A DNA stretch of 64,000 nt, taken from contig CAXXLX010000002.1 of the NCBI GenBank assembly GCA_963665235.2, positions 480,001-544,000 of the forward strand, in the 5' to 3' direction. Under the pieces are notes generated by a model, which did no database searches, had not been told where the DNA came from, and worked only from the letters and a program-made list of their open reading frames with translations. Positions 21,867 through 33,027 of the stretch are shown here, one piece after another. The position numbers and the translations under genes are program-made. Within the stretch, counting starts at the first letter, position 1. Each line of letters begins with the position of its first letter. The DNA is from Candidatus Poribacteria bacterium (GTDB lineage: Bacteria; Poribacteria; WGA-4E; WGA-3G).

Positions 21867-22273
21867 AACGAAGATATGCGTTAGGATTAATCTTATTGCT
21901 ACTTGCATGTTCAAATAGGAATACGCCGCGAGCTGTCGCTGAGGATTTCATCTATAATTACTACCAGCACGCTGACCAAGAAGCTGCCCTGCTACTTAGC
22001 CACGGGCTCGCTGCTGAAAAGTTAGAGGATGAAATTGCACGGGTGCAAAGCATACGCGGAACCGACCAGCCGATTCGCAAAATGCCGCAAATTGAGTATA
22101 AGCAGATTGGCGCTGACACCACAAGCGAAACTGAAAACGGAACACACGTGTCGTTCAGTTTTCAATTGGCGATTAAAAACCGCAATGGGACAGCAACCCC
22201 TACCCGAAAGGTTGTGATTACTACAGAAAACATCGCTGGAAATTGGAAAGTTGTTAATTTTGATGAGTACTAA
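21863..22273 (+). CDS. Hypothetical lipoprotein
   Basis: Lipobox LLAC; ATGA overlap with upstream gene. Confidence 0.75.
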   Translation: MKRRYALGLILLLLACSNRNTPRAVAEDFIYNYYQHADQEAALLLSHGLAAEKLEDEIARVQSIRGTDQPIRKMPQIEYKQIGADTTSETENGTHVSFSFQLAIKNRNGTATPTRKVVITTENIAGNWKVVNFDEY

Positions 22274-22345
22274 TGTCGAATTAACGGCAGTATTCTGTTA
22301 TTCATAACTTGGTTTTCATGCATGTTACGGAAGAGGAGTAAACTT

Positions 22346-23085
22346 ATGTCGACTCACATAACAACAGAGCGCATCCGCTATGTTCCAACAGATGTGGATG
22401 ACCTATACCCAGAAACGGATGGTAAACCGATGGCAGCAACAGATATACATAGAAGAATTCTAATATGGGTTTTACAAGTCCTTGAGGCACACTTTGCAAA
22501 GAAGCTGGTGTATGTCTCTGGAGACATAATGATGTATTATGTTCTTAGCGAGTCGGAGACTATTTCGGTGTCTCCAGATGTGCTTATTACCTTCGGGATA
22601 GAACCAAAAGCGCGCCGGGCGTATTGGGTATCTAAACAGCATAATCCGCATCCCGATTTTGTGATGGAGTTCACAAGCAAAGGGACCCATACAGACGATA
22701 CGTAAGATGGAGATTTAAGAACTATTTCCTATATGAAAGGGGTATCTTCCCACGCCGTTGATGGGTTTTGAGTTAGTAGGTAATCGGTATGTCCGTATTC
22801 CTGAGGGTGTAGATGGTGGTATTCATTCCTCTGCCTTGGGTTTAGATTTTCATCTTCGGGATGAATCAGGTTTAGGTATTTATGACCCAGTATTGTCGGA
22901 GTGGCTTAGGACTCCCGCTGAAGCGGCGATTGCGTGCGGAACAGGAAGCTGCACGTGCTAATCAGGAAGCCGCACGTGCTGCGCAGGAAGCTATTGACCG
23001 GCAGGCTGCCGAGACGCGCGCTGCGCAGGCAGAAGCAGAAGTTGCAAGTCTCCGAGAAGAGCTTGACCGCTTGCGAACACGCTAA
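22346..23085 (+). pseudogene. Uma2-family endonuclease, frameshifted
   Basis: LYPETDGKPMA, VYVSGD, SPDV, PDFVMEFTS; coiled-coil tail AEQEAARA..LREELDRLR in other frames. Confidence 0.8.
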
Positions 23086-23628
23086 TACGGAAGAGGAGTA
23101 AACCGACTCACATAACAACGGAGCGCATCCGCTATGTCCCTACAGGTGGATGACCTATACCCAGAAACGGATGGTAAACCGATGGCAGGATATACACAGA
23201 AGAATTCTAATATGGGTTTTACAAGTCCTTGAGGCACACTTTGCAAAGAAGCTGGTGTATGTCTCTGGAGATATAATGATGTATTATGTTCTTAGAGTCG
23301 GAGACTATTTCGGTGTCTCCTGATGTGCTTATTACCTTCGGGATAGAACCAAAAGCGCGCCGGGCGTATTGGGTATCTAAACAGCATAATCCGCAGATTT
23401 TGTGATGGAGTTCATGAGGATGATCTTCTGGGATGAATCGGAAGGGTTTAGGTATTTATGACCCAGTATTGTCGGAGTGGCAGTATTTAGAACTCCCGCG
23501 GAGGCGGCAACTTTGCGTGCTGAGCAGGAGGCTATTGACCGACAGGCTGCCGAGGCACGCGCTGTGCAAGCAGAAGCGGAAGTCGCACGTCTCCGAGAAG
23601 AGCTTGAACGCTTGCGAACACACCGATA
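23086..23628 (+). pseudogene. Second, deletion-ridden tandem copy of the Uma2 gene
   Basis: Near-identical DNA to 22327-23083 with many small deletions and one large deletion. Confidence 0.75.
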
Positions 23629-23742
23629 GCACACGATATAACGGCAATATTCTATAGAATGCAAGAAGTGCACTATGAAAACTGGAAGAGTTGCTGAATA
23701 CCAAATTAACGGCAATATTCTATAGAATGCAAGAAGTGCACT

Positions 23743-24852
23743 ATGAAAACTGGAAGAGTTGCTGTCTTCACACAACCGGAGACCCCACTATCATTCCGTG
23801 AATACCCAATCCCATCTGTCGCAGCGGACGACATGCTTGTGCGTATCCGAATGTCGAATATCTGCGGCTCCGATTTGCATTTTTGGCGGGGCCACGGGCC
23901 TAAAATCGAAAGTGACATTCCGCAGGTGCTGGGCCACGAAATGATTGGCACTATTGAAGCGATGGGACGAAATGTTCGGACCGATAGCCTCGGTCACCGC
24001 TTAGTCGAAGGGGACAGAATCGTTTACTCCTACTTTAAACCGTGTCAGCACTGCTGGGTGTGCCTTAACGGAAAACCGGGATGTCCCAACCGCTACCGGG
24101 ATTGGCTCGGCGTTTCGAGCGAACAACCACCGCACTTCCACGGTGCGTACGGCGAATACTACTACATGAAGCGAGGGCATTGGGTTTTCAAGGTGCCCGA
24201 TGAACTGCCGGACACGCTTGTGTCACCGATTAACTGTGCCTTGTCGGAAGTCATCTATGGGCTCAACCAAATCGGCATCACCCTCGGTGACACGGTTGTT
24301 ATACAAGGAGCGGGTGGACTTGGCCTTTACGCCACTGCGGTTGCAAGGGAGATGGGGGCGGGGCAAATCATCGTCCTCGACCGCCTACCAGCGCGGCTAA
24401 CACTCGCGCAGGAGTTTGGCGCGGACATCACACTCAACGTCGACGAAATAGATATGAAGGCACGCGTCGATTACGTTTTGGAACAGACGCAAGGTATTGG
24501 GGCAGACCTGGTTGCAGAGTTTGTCGGCTCTCCGCGTGTCCTCAGTGAAGGCGTAGAAATGCTCCGATGGGGCGGCCGTTATCTCTGGATTGGAAACATT
24601 AACATCGGGTTTCCAACCGAAATTGACCCGGGCAATATCGTGCGGTGTAGCAAAACCATTCGCGGGGTCATCGTTTACGAACCGTGGGTTATCCCGCGTG
24701 CACTCAATTTTTTAAGCCGCACTCGACACAAATATCCGTTCCACAAAATCATCTCTAATACCTTCCCGTTTGATGAGATTAACGAAGCCTTTTCTTATGC
24801 GGATAGCGGCGCGGCGATTCGGGTCGGATTAGAATTTGACGCGGTTTGTTAA
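23743..24852 (+). CDS. Zinc-binding (MDR) alcohol dehydrogenase
   Basis: ICGSD, LGHE, CxxCxxC...C, QGAGGLG. Confidence 0.92.
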   Translation: MKTGRVAVFTQPETPLSFREYPIPSVAADDMLVRIRMSNICGSDLHFWRGHGPKIESDIPQVLGHEMIGTIEAMGRNVRTDSLGHRLVEGDRIVYSYFKPCQHCWVCLNGKPGCPNRYRDWLGVSSEQPPHFHGAYGEYYYMKRGHWVFKVPDELPDTLVSPINCALSEVIYGLNQIGITLGDTVVIQGAGGLGLYATAVAREMGAGQIIVLDRLPARLTLAQEFGADITLNVDEIDMKARVDYVLEQTQGIGADLVAEFVGSPRVLSEGVEMLRWGGRYLWIGNINIGFPTEIDPGNIVRCSKTIRGVIVYEPWVIPRALNFLSRTRHKYPFHKIISNTFPFDEINEAFSYADSGAAIRVGLEFDAVC

Positions 24853-24855
24853 AAC

Positions 24856-25980
24856 ATGGCATCCTCTGTATACATACACATCCCTTTTTGCACGACGAAA
24901 TGCTACTACTGCGCCTTCAACACCTATGTTTTCAACGCGGAGCAGGCGGAGGCATACCTACGAGCCCTTCGAGCGGAGATGGCACTCTACGTCTCAGACA
25001 CTATCCCGTTGAAGACGGTTTTCATTGGTGGCGGCACCCCTTCAATTCTTTCCGCAAACGCATTGACACAGCTCTTTGCGGACCTGCACACACACTTTGA
25101 GATTGGACCGGACGCTGAGATTACTGTAGAATGTAACCCGGGCACCGTTGACACAGCGAAATTAAAGGTGATGCGGACCGCTGGAGTCAACCGCCTCAGT
25201 TTCGGGCTGCAAGCGATGCAGGATGAGATGCTGAGGCAGCTCGGCAGGATTCACACTGTAGCGGAATTTCTTCACAGTTATCGCCTCGCCCGCGAATCCG
25301 GTTTTGATAACATCAACATCGACCTGATTTTCGCGCTGCCGAAGCAGACAGGGACAGCCTGGGGCTATACCTTACACCGCGTCCTTTCCCTCGCGCCTGA
25401 ACATATTTCGGTCTATAATCTCGTCATGGAGGAGGGAACGCCTTTTTATGAACAGTGGAAAGCCGGGGAGCTGCACCTTCCCGCTGAAGAAACCGAGGCA
25501 GATATGTTCCAGGATGCCATTGATACCCTAACCTCACACGGTTACGAGCATTATGAAATCAGCAATTTTGCCCTGCCGACCCGCAGGGGAAGACACAATC
25601 TTGTTTATTGGAACAATCAGTCGTGTATCGGTTTAGGGGCGGGCGCGTCCGGGTATGTAGATGATGTGCGTTATACCAACATTCGGGGTATTCTGTCTTA
25701 TATCAACGCGCTTCGGCATCACAACAAACCGATTGCCAACGCCGAACGCTTAACAGGATACACAAAGAAGGCAGAAACATTAATGCTTGCCCTTCGCAAA
25801 CGCGAGGGTATCTCGCTCGCAGCGTATCAACGCCGTTTTGGAGAGGAGCTTGATGTTACGTTCGGAAATATGCTTGAGAAATGGCATGGCTATCAGTTGT
25901 TAGAACGGACTGCTACCCATCTGCGGCTCACTCCCCGTGGGCTCTTCCTCGCCAACGAGGTTTTTATGGAATTGCTATGA
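24856..25980 (+). CDS. hemW: Radical SAM heme chaperone HemW
   Basis: YIHIPFCTTKCYYCAFN, GGGTPS, YEISNF, HNLVYW. Confidence 0.92.
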   Translation: MASSVYIHIPFCTTKCYYCAFNTYVFNAEQAEAYLRALRAEMALYVSDTIPLKTVFIGGGTPSILSANALTQLFADLHTHFEIGPDAEITVECNPGTVDTAKLKVMRTAGVNRLSFGLQAMQDEMLRQLGRIHTVAEFLHSYRLARESGFDNINIDLIFALPKQTGTAWGYTLHRVLSLAPEHISVYNLVMEEGTPFYEQWKAGELHLPAEETEADMFQDAIDTLTSHGYEHYEISNFALPTRRGRHNLVYWNNQSCIGLGAGASGYVDDVRYTNIRGILSYINALRHHNKPIANAERLTGYTKKAETLMLALRKREGISLAAYQRRFGEELDVTFGNMLEKWHGYQLLERTATHLRLTPRGLFLANEVFMELL

Positions 25981-26041
25981 GGGCATTGGCAAATGGCGGG
26001 TGGCAACTTAGGTTACAAATAGTCCATAGCCGTTCCGCCTA

Positions 26042-26902
26042 TTAATCATCGGATTTCGGAATCGATAGGATGTCGCGTTCGACTTCGTGGACCTTGTCGG
26101 GGAATGTCTCGCCGCGAATCCACATCACAGGTTGGCCCCACCCCGCTGCTTCGGGACGCGCCCATTCTGCCTGAGCACTCAGATAATGTGAAACATAGCA
26201 GCGGCGGAACCGTAGACTGTGATTGTCCATGCTCTTATGTAGGAGATGACTGTGAAACCAGATTACAGCGCCGGGCGGCACCTCTACTGCGACACCATCT
26301 TCATCTCGTACACCGCGTGCTAATTTGAACTCTCGTTGTTGTGAACCTTCAAGGTCATCATGCTCAAAGATATCGCCTTTGTGACTGCCGGGGATGACGT
26401 AGAGACAACCGTTCTCTTTATTTGCTGCATCAATCGCTGTCCACGTCCCGACGGTTGTTTCTGTGTTAAATCGCCTGCGGAAGTAAAACTTATCTTGGTG
26501 CCAGGGAAAACCGAGCCCAATCTTAGGGGATTTCCAGATAAACAGGTTGTTAATACCGAGGATATCCGGACCGAGTAGGTCAACGAGAGGGTCGGTGAGA
26601 CGCGGGTCACGGACGCGCGCAAGGAATTCTGGGCAGTAGCAGCTCGGATGATGAATCTTATGCATCGCATAGATGCCGGACTCCTCCACTTTCCCATCCC
26701 TGACGAGGGCATTCTGATCGATATGGGCGGATGGAAACGGACGTTTTCCATCAACGATGTCTTCTGCAACTTGCCGGAGTATATCGTTTTCTTCTTCGGT
26801 GAACACGTCTAAGCGAATCAGATAGCCGTTCTCGTTCCAGTGTGCAAGTTCGTCCGGGTTCAACCTGAAATCCTGTGTTTGTGACATTGATTCTGTATTC
26901 AT
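26042..26902 (-). CDS. Phytanoyl-CoA dioxygenase (PhyH) family protein
   Basis: WHQD, NGCL..IPGSH, HKS..N.S...R; GGAGG RBS before ATG 26902. Confidence 0.92.
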   Translation of the reverse strand: MNTESMSQTQDFRLNPDELAHWNENGYLIRLDVFTEEENDILRQVAEDIVDGKRPFPSAHIDQNALVRDGKVEESGIYAMHKIHHPSCYCPEFLARVRDPRLTDPLVDLLGPDILGINNLFIWKSPKIGLGFPWHQDKFYFRRRFNTETTVGTWTAIDAANKENGCLYVIPGSHKGDIFEHDDLEGSQQREFKLARGVRDEDGVAVEVPPGAVIWFHSHLLHKSMDNHSLRFRRCYVSHYLSAQAEWARPEAAGWGQPVMWIRGETFPDKVHEVERDILSIPKSDD

Positions 26903-26933
26903 AAAAACCTCCTGTTTGTTCCAATTTACCTTT

Positions 26934-28559
26934 TTAAGGAATTGTAACGGGCAGTTTTCCTGTTGCCTGTCTTTTGCCGAATAATACCTCCATAGCAGCG
27001 ACAAGAGAATAGGTGTTTCCATTGTAGGCAGCGATAGCGCAGGCAACATCAGGACATTTGCCAAGTAGATATGGCGATGTGATAGAAACAACTACAATCG
27101 GAACGCCAGTTTTTTGGCTTAACTGGTGAATCAGGTTAGCTTGCTGCACATTGGCAATTCCTGCCACAATAACCGAAGTTTTCGTTTGTAAGAATTCATG
27201 TATTGTCTTCTGTGCGTCCGCTTGAAGTGGAAGCAAAACATCTGATATGTTAGTGAGGTCAGTATGTGCCCTGAAGAAAGCTTTTGAAAACGCCCGCGAT
27301 GGACTGATAAGTAAAACCTGTTCCTGTGGTGCCTCCGCTAAAGGAAGGAGCCCGTCGGTGTTCTTAACAAGAGTTATTGCCCGTGTTGCAATAGTTTCCG
27401 CGATTTTTCTATGTGCTGTACTTCCGACACGTGAAAGGTTTTCATCGCCAGATGTGCGTTCAAAAAGTCCCCAGGTGTTTTTAGTTTTTAAGATACGGCG
27501 GACTGCGGTGTTGAGGTGCGTTTCGGAAATATCTCCGCTCCGGACCGCCTGGCGGAGTGCGTTATAAACGCGCTGCTGTTTTTTCAAGGTGCCGGACATG
27601 AGTACGATATCGGCACCTGCCTGAATAGCTAAGACCGCGGCGTTGCCGATTTCGTATTGGGCATCAATCGCCTGCATCTCCATATCATCGGTAATGATGA
27701 GCCCTTCAAAACCGAGCTGTTGGCGGAGGAGTTTTGTAAGTATTTTGTGTGAAAGCGTCGTTGGCAGTTCATCGTCAAGCGCGGGGTAGAGGATATGTGC
27801 TGACATAATCGCCGCGACCCCGGAGGCAATCGCTGCACGAAACGGAACAAGTTCAACGGTGCTGATTCGTTCCTTTTCATGTGTAACAATCGGCAGATTT
27901 TTGTGCGAGTCAACGTCGGTATCCCCATGTCCGGGGAAATGTTTAGCTGTGGCCATGACTCCGTTGCGTTGTAGTCCTCGGATGTAGGCTTTGCCAAGTT
28001 GGGAAACAAGTGTGGGGGATTCACCATAGGCGCGAACGCCGATGACCGGGTTGCGTGGGTCCGTGTTGACATCCATCACTGGAGCGAAATTGAGATTAAC
28101 GCCAACGGCTGCTAATTCAATAGCGGTGAGTTCACCCGCTTTTTCTGCCAGTGCCTGCGAACCGGTTGCACCTAATGCAAGATTGCCAGGCAGTACTGTT
28201 GCACCTTTCTCCAACCGGACGACATTTCCGCCCTCTTGGTCTATTGCCATAAATAGCGGAATAGCGTTCGGGGTCTGTTGTGCAACCTGCTGGAGTCCCG
28301 CTGTCAGCGCGGCTACCTGTTTCGGAGTTTGGATATTCCTTCCGAAGAGGATAAATCCGCCTACAAATCGTTTGGTGATATGTGCTTCAGCTACCGAACT
28401 TACCTGTTTCCCACCGATACCGACGATAAGGAGTTGCCCAATCTTTTCGGCTACGGACATTCTATTGAGGCGCATATCTATTTCTGCATCGGTAAGGGCG
28501 CGGGCAGGCATTGCAACGCAAAGGATTAAGAATAGAGATAAGAGAAGTTTGAAGTTCAT
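26934..28559 (-). CDS. nagZ: Exported GH3 beta-N-acetylhexosaminidase
   Basis: DQEGG, KHFPGHGDTDVDSH, ITDDMEM; signal peptide. Confidence 0.92.
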   Translation of the reverse strand: MNFKLLLSLFLILCVAMPARALTDAEIDMRLNRMSVAEKIGQLLIVGIGGKQVSSVAEAHITKRFVGGFILFGRNIQTPKQVAALTAGLQQVAQQTPNAIPLFMAIDQEGGNVVRLEKGATVLPGNLALGATGSQALAEKAGELTAIELAAVGVNLNFAPVMDVNTDPRNPVIGVRAYGESPTLVSQLGKAYIRGLQRNGVMATAKHFPGHGDTDVDSHKNLPIVTHEKERISTVELVPFRAAIASGVAAIMSAHILYPALDDELPTTLSHKILTKLLRQQLGFEGLIITDDMEMQAIDAQYEIGNAAVLAIQAGADIVLMSGTLKKQQRVYNALRQAVRSGDISETHLNTAVRRILKTKNTWGLFERTSGDENLSRVGSTAHRKIAETIATRAITLVKNTDGLLPLAEAPQEQVLLISPSRAFSKAFFRAHTDLTNISDVLLPLQADAQKTIHEFLQTKTSVIVAGIANVQQANLIHQLSQKTGVPIVVVSITSPYLLGKCPDVACAIAAYNGNTYSLVAAMEVLFGKRQATGKLPVTIP

Positions 28560-28713
28560 GAAAAATTGCACCTCCCTAATAGGTGTTATCGGTAATTAGA
28601 TTGGCAATTGGCTGTTGGCTTCGCTGGTTATTGGAAACCTATGGAAACCGTTAGAAACTGTTAGAAAGAGAAGAGGTCTCCTATATTTCTTGCTAATTGC
28701 TAATCGCCAATCG

Positions 28714-31700
28714 CTAATTGCTAATTTTCGAAAGTGCTTTGAAGTACTGCCGAAGTTGTTCCCTATATTGGAATGGGATGTTCTCTATCTCCTTGGCGTT
28801 GGGTGTAGCTTCTAACTTGCGTACGATTTCCAGAAGTTCGGGGTGGAGCGGTGGCACCTCTTGTAAAGGGACAGACGGCTTTTTAGCGGCTTCTGCCCTC
28901 CGTTGTCTACCGACATCCCGTTTCTGCAAAGATTTCAAACTGTCAAGCATACGGGTCAAGATACGTTGCTGCTTATCAAGCACTTGGTCATCAAGTGTGC
29001 GTTGTGCCAGTTTTTTCTCGACATCCTCCATTTCTTCAGCAATATTTTTTAAGCTACCGAGCACTTCTGCTGCCTGTTCCGCCATTTCAGCGAGTCGTTC
29101 CATCGCCTCACGGATACGTTGTTGTTGTGAAGCGAGTCGTTCGAGTCTTTGTTGGAGGTTAGGCGTTTGTCCCTGTTCCCGCATCTGCTGGCTGAGGGTT
29201 TGTGCCATTTCATTCAGCTGTTCCTGGTTTTGGGCGAGTTGTTGCAGCTGCTCCATCATATTTTGTAGACCGCTACCGCCCATCTGTTGGTTCATTTGTG
29301 CCATAGCGGTAAGGAGGTCGTCCACTGCCTGATTGATGTCAGCAAGCCCACTTTTTTGAATAGGGAGCGCGAGCCCTGGTTCTCTATCCTCTAAGGCGCG
29401 TGCGGCGCGGGTGAGTGCATCGCTTGAGGTATTGAGTCGCCAGACAATCCGGGGCTCTATTTGCATCTGCTGTTTTCCAAGTTCCCACAGTTTTTCGGCA
29501 AGTTGTGTAATTCCTTTCGCCGCGCTAAGTTCTGCAGCAGCGAGCTGTTGCAACTGCTTAATCTCATTCGGGATGTAGTCATTGAAGGTTGCAGCACCGA
29601 GAAGGTCATTCGTTTGATTGATGACGTTTTCATGAAGGTGCGAGAGGTGGAGCCCGCTTTTAACAGCCTCGCGCATTGCGGTCAGTGCTTGGTCGGCATT
29701 TGCCCCCTCCATGAATTCCAGGGCGTTATCTAACCCCTGTGCAAGTGCACTCAACGTGTCCTCCGCCTTTCTACCGGTTTGTAGTGCGTCCTGCTTTTGA
29801 GCGTTGCGTAGATTTTCGCTGGTATCTTGTAGTGTTTCGGAAAGTTTTTCGTCGCGTGCGAACTGGTTGAGCCGCTTGACTTCATCGGCAATTCTTTGCG
29901 TTTGCGGTGCGGCGGTCTCTTGCGACTCGGCTAATTCAGACATTTTATTACCGAGCGTGTCCAATTTTTCGCTGAGTTTATCAGATTCCTGCTGAATTCG
30001 GGTCTCCTTTTGTGCAGCATCTGATAGTTCAGCCTTTTCGGATAGTGCGGTGTTCTCAACATTTTCCGAGGCGGGTGTAGTATCCACTTTGTCCATTAAT
30101 TGCTTTTGCTGCTCCGCAAGTGCTTTTGCCTGTTTTGCCGAGGCTTCCAATTCCTGTTGCAGGAGAAGTTGTTGATAGAGCGATTTCATACGTTCTAACT
30201 GCTGTAAGAACTGTTCCTGATTGAAATTGGCTTCTGTCATAGCACTTTCCTGTTCGGTCAATTCCTGTTGTGCGAGGGCTTCCGCCAATTTTTTCAAAAT
30301 TTCTTTATGTTCTTCAGAGAGTGCTTTCTCCATCAATTCCTGAAGTTCTTGATATTTCTGAACGGTTTCAGGTTCAAAGAGTTGGTTTTTCTGCATTTCG
30401 GTGGCGGTCTGTTCCATCTCTGTGATGAGTTCGTTTGCTTTCTGCTCAATTTCTTGCTGTGCGTCGACGACCTGCTGCATCAGTTTTTCGTCTGTGAGCG
30501 TCAGTTCTTTAGATTTTCGGATTTTATCGAGGAGTTCATCGACTATTCCGGTAGCGTCAGCTTGTTCGTCAAAGATTTCATCAAACCCGCGTTGTTCCGC
30601 TTCCTGTTCAGCGGCGATGGAATCGTATAATTCATCCAGGGTCGGAAGACGCAACGTGTATGTGCGCGATTTTCCGATGTTGGGGCCGGAGACGTTATCC
30701 ACGTCAACCGCTTGCACATAATAGGAGACTGCCTCACCAGGGAAAAGCCCAATCGGGTCAACGTCCCATGTATATTTAAGAGAGATTAAGGTTTGCAATG
30801 GAGCGGGGGAGGCAGCGGTGCCGATAGGCATCCGTTTTAGCGGAATAGTGACAGGGTCAAAACCTTCTTTCTGTATGCGATAAACTAATTGGACCCCGTG
30901 AATGCCGTAATCATCTGTCGCTTCAACGTCTAATTTTACCTGCATAGCATTGTCTAAAACGATGTCTTTGCTAGGTTCAATAATTTCAACTTGCGGGGCA
31001 GTGTCTTTAAAGACATTGAGCGTATAGTCGGGCGGCGCAGGGTTTGTCAATCCATCTGTGTCAAGGAGCTGAATGTTGTAAGTTCCCGCCTGTTCTGCGA
31101 TAAAACTGCCTACCATGTGCGTTGTCTCTCTGATTGTTAGTGGAATCGGTGTACCCGAATCAAAGACTATATGTGCTTCGGTGAGCGGTTTGTTGCTTTC
31201 TCCTGTAAACACTACCTCTGTTCCGAGGAGCACTTGGATATCACCGGTGTTCGCTTCAAGCGTCTGTGTAGGCAGTTGCGTATAAGCCGGGTAGCTAAGT
31301 TGGAGTTGAAACGTTTTGAGTAGCGGTTCATGGCTCACCGCAATTTGGTAATGCGCGGAGGTTACGTCTTTCGTTTTGACATAGTATTGCAGCGAACGGT
31401 CAACGGTTTCAAGTGTCGCTTGATATAAAATGTCAGTCGGTTCACGTTGCATCGGTAGCGATTGCCATATTTCTTCCTCCGCTGTAGGGGGTGGTTGCTG
31501 TGGCACGTTATCCGGTTGTGCAACCCGATAGTAGAGGGAAACAGGGGCTCCGAGGTGTCCGCTGACTTTCGCAGTTATGCTAACATCTGCCCCCTGTTTG
31601 ATTTTGACGTTCCCCGGGTGTATCTCTTCAATTTGTGCAGTAAAGCCTTCTTGTGGTGTTTTGGGTAATGTCTGGAAGGCTTGTGTGAATCCGTTAAGTG

Positions 31701-32238
31701 CGGTGGGCAAAAGAAGGGTAGTGAGCAGGAGAAGTCCCACAGCAAGCACTGCAATACCTGCATTCCGCTTAATCCCCACAAATTCGCGTTGAAAAACCTG
31801 TTTCAATTGAATAGCCTCAATATCGTGCTGCGTTTGAAGAATCAGTGCCTCAATGAATTCTGCTGCGTATCCGAATCGGTTATCCGCGAGTGTGGGCTTG
31901 AGTTGGATAGCACTGAGTATGCGGTTTTCGTAGCCCGGATAGGTTTTCTCAAGATAAGCAGCGACTCTCATATCGGTCAATTTCTGTGCTATGGGATAGA
32001 TGAGGTAACGAAAGGTGGTATAGATAACGCCGCCGATGAAAAGGAGAACGATAGCGATATCAATAAAGCGGTGCGCGAGGAGTTGAAAGCAGAGTAGTGC
32101 TATCACTGCTATAAGGGCGACGGTGCGAATCCATGTGAGTAAACTTTCAGATACGATGAGCCATCGCCACGTTCGTCTAACAGTGCGAAGTCGAGCAATG
32201 AGTCGTTGATAAATCTGATTGACGTTTTGGTTTTGCAT
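28714..32238 (-). CDS. DUF4175-like membrane-anchored long coiled-coil protein
   Basis: Three N-terminal TM, Ig-like region with ATDDYG, Gln/Glu-rich coiled coil, C-terminal PFQYREQLRQYFKAL. Confidence 0.8.
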   Translation of the reverse strand: MQNQNVNQIYQRLIARLRTVRRTWRWLIVSESLLTWIRTVALIAVIALLCFQLLAHRFIDIAIVLLFIGGVIYTTFRYLIYPIAQKLTDMRVAAYLEKTYPGYENRILSAIQLKPTLADNRFGYAAEFIEALILQTQHDIEAIQLKQVFQREFVGIKRNAGIAVLAVGLLLLTTLLLPTALNGFTQAFQTLPKTPQEGFTAQIEEIHPGNVKIKQGADVSITAKVSGHLGAPVSLYYRVAQPDNVPQQPPPTAEEEIWQSLPMQREPTDILYQATLETVDRSLQYYVKTKDVTSAHYQIAVSHEPLLKTFQLQLSYPAYTQLPTQTLEANTGDIQVLLGTEVVFTGESNKPLTEAHIVFDSGTPIPLTIRETTHMVGSFIAEQAGTYNIQLLDTDGLTNPAPPDYTLNVFKDTAPQVEIIEPSKDIVLDNAMQVKLDVEATDDYGIHGVQLVYRIQKEGFDPVTIPLKRMPIGTAASPAPLQTLISLKYTWDVDPIGLFPGEAVSYYVQAVDVDNVSGPNIGKSRTYTLRLPTLDELYDSIAAEQEAEQRGFDEIFDEQADATGIVDELLDKIRKSKELTLTDEKLMQQVVDAQQEIEQKANELITEMEQTATEMQKNQLFEPETVQKYQELQELMEKALSEEHKEILKKLAEALAQQELTEQESAMTEANFNQEQFLQQLERMKSLYQQLLLQQELEASAKQAKALAEQQKQLMDKVDTTPASENVENTALSEKAELSDAAQKETRIQQESDKLSEKLDTLGNKMSELAESQETAAPQTQRIADEVKRLNQFARDEKLSETLQDTSENLRNAQKQDALQTGRKAEDTLSALAQGLDNALEFMEGANADQALTAMREAVKSGLHLSHLHENVINQTNDLLGAATFNDYIPNEIKQLQQLAAAELSAAKGITQLAEKLWELGKQQMQIEPRIVWRLNTSSDALTRAARALEDREPGLALPIQKSGLADINQAVDDLLTAMAQMNQQMGGSGLQNMMEQLQQLAQNQEQLNEMAQTLSQQMREQGQTPNLQQRLERLASQQQRIREAMERLAEMAEQAAEVLGSLKNIAEEMEDVEKKLAQRTLDDQVLDKQQRILTRMLDSLKSLQKRDVGRQRRAEAAKKPSVPLQEVPPLHPELLEIVRKLEATPNAKEIENIPFQYREQLRQYFKALSKISN

Positions 32239-32308
32239 TACAGTTCTCCTTGGAACGGTTATCGGTCGTCAGTTAGCGGCACACGGCGCGTGCCTACTCC
32301 TTTAATCT

Positions 32309-33016
32309 TCAGTGCGTTAGGACGTAAACGGCGATGTTAACCGCCATCTTTGCTGCGAGTTCGCGAACTTGGGGTGTGTCATCTGGGTGGACCCTTGGGT
32401 CTTCTAGACCGTCGCCAATATCCGCGCTATAGGCATAGTAGAGTACCATGCGTCCATCGTGAAAAATGCCGAATCCTTGTGCTGGCTCTGAGTCATGTTC
32501 ATGGATTTTAGGGAGCCCTGGCAGGTCATAGAAACAGTGATAAATCGGGTGTGAGTTAGGTATAGGTTGCAATTCCTGTTCGGGAAAAACCCTGCGTATT
32601 TCACGTCTGAAACTCTTATCCAATCCGTAGTCATCATTTGCGAAGAGAAACCCCCCCTGTGTCAAATACCGCCGCAATGCCTCAATCTCGCTATCTGTCA
32701 AGCGAATATTTCCGTGCCCCACTAAATAGAGCATAGGATATTGATAGAGGGCATGGTCGGTAAGTTTGAGAATAACCCTATCATCTGCTGTTTCAATATC
32801 GGTGCGCTCTCGGAGTATCCGTAACCAATTGCCGATAGCAGAGGGGTCTCCGTACCAATCGCCACCCCCGCTATATTGGACTTGTGCTATGGTGAAAGGT
32901 TCGCCTGCATTCTGTGTGCCAATTGTTAGCCAAAACAGCAAACAACAAGTGACGATGAGATGGATTCGCGAAGGCGGGGTTTTCAATAGTTTAGATAATC
33001 TATAAAGTTTAGACAT
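32309..33016 (-). CDS. DUF4159 domain protein
   Basis: GGGDWY, YLVGHG, YLTQGGFLFANDDY, PKIHEHD, NIAVYVLTH. Confidence 0.88.
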   Translation of the reverse strand: MSKLYRLSKLLKTPPSRIHLIVTCCLLFWLTIGTQNAGEPFTIAQVQYSGGGDWYGDPSAIGNWLRILRERTDIETADDRVILKLTDHALYQYPMLYLVGHGNIRLTDSEIEALRRYLTQGGFLFANDDYGLDKSFRREIRRVFPEQELQPIPNSHPIYHCFYDLPGLPKIHEHDSEPAQGFGIFHDGRMVLYYAYSADIGDGLEDPRVHPDDTPQVRELAAKMAVNIAVYVLTH

Positions 33017-33027
33017 CGCTTTACTCC

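Noticed and set aside
22279-23721. Integron cassette array for the Uma2 genes
   Set aside because: The flanking repeats lack attC inverted structure and no integrase is present.
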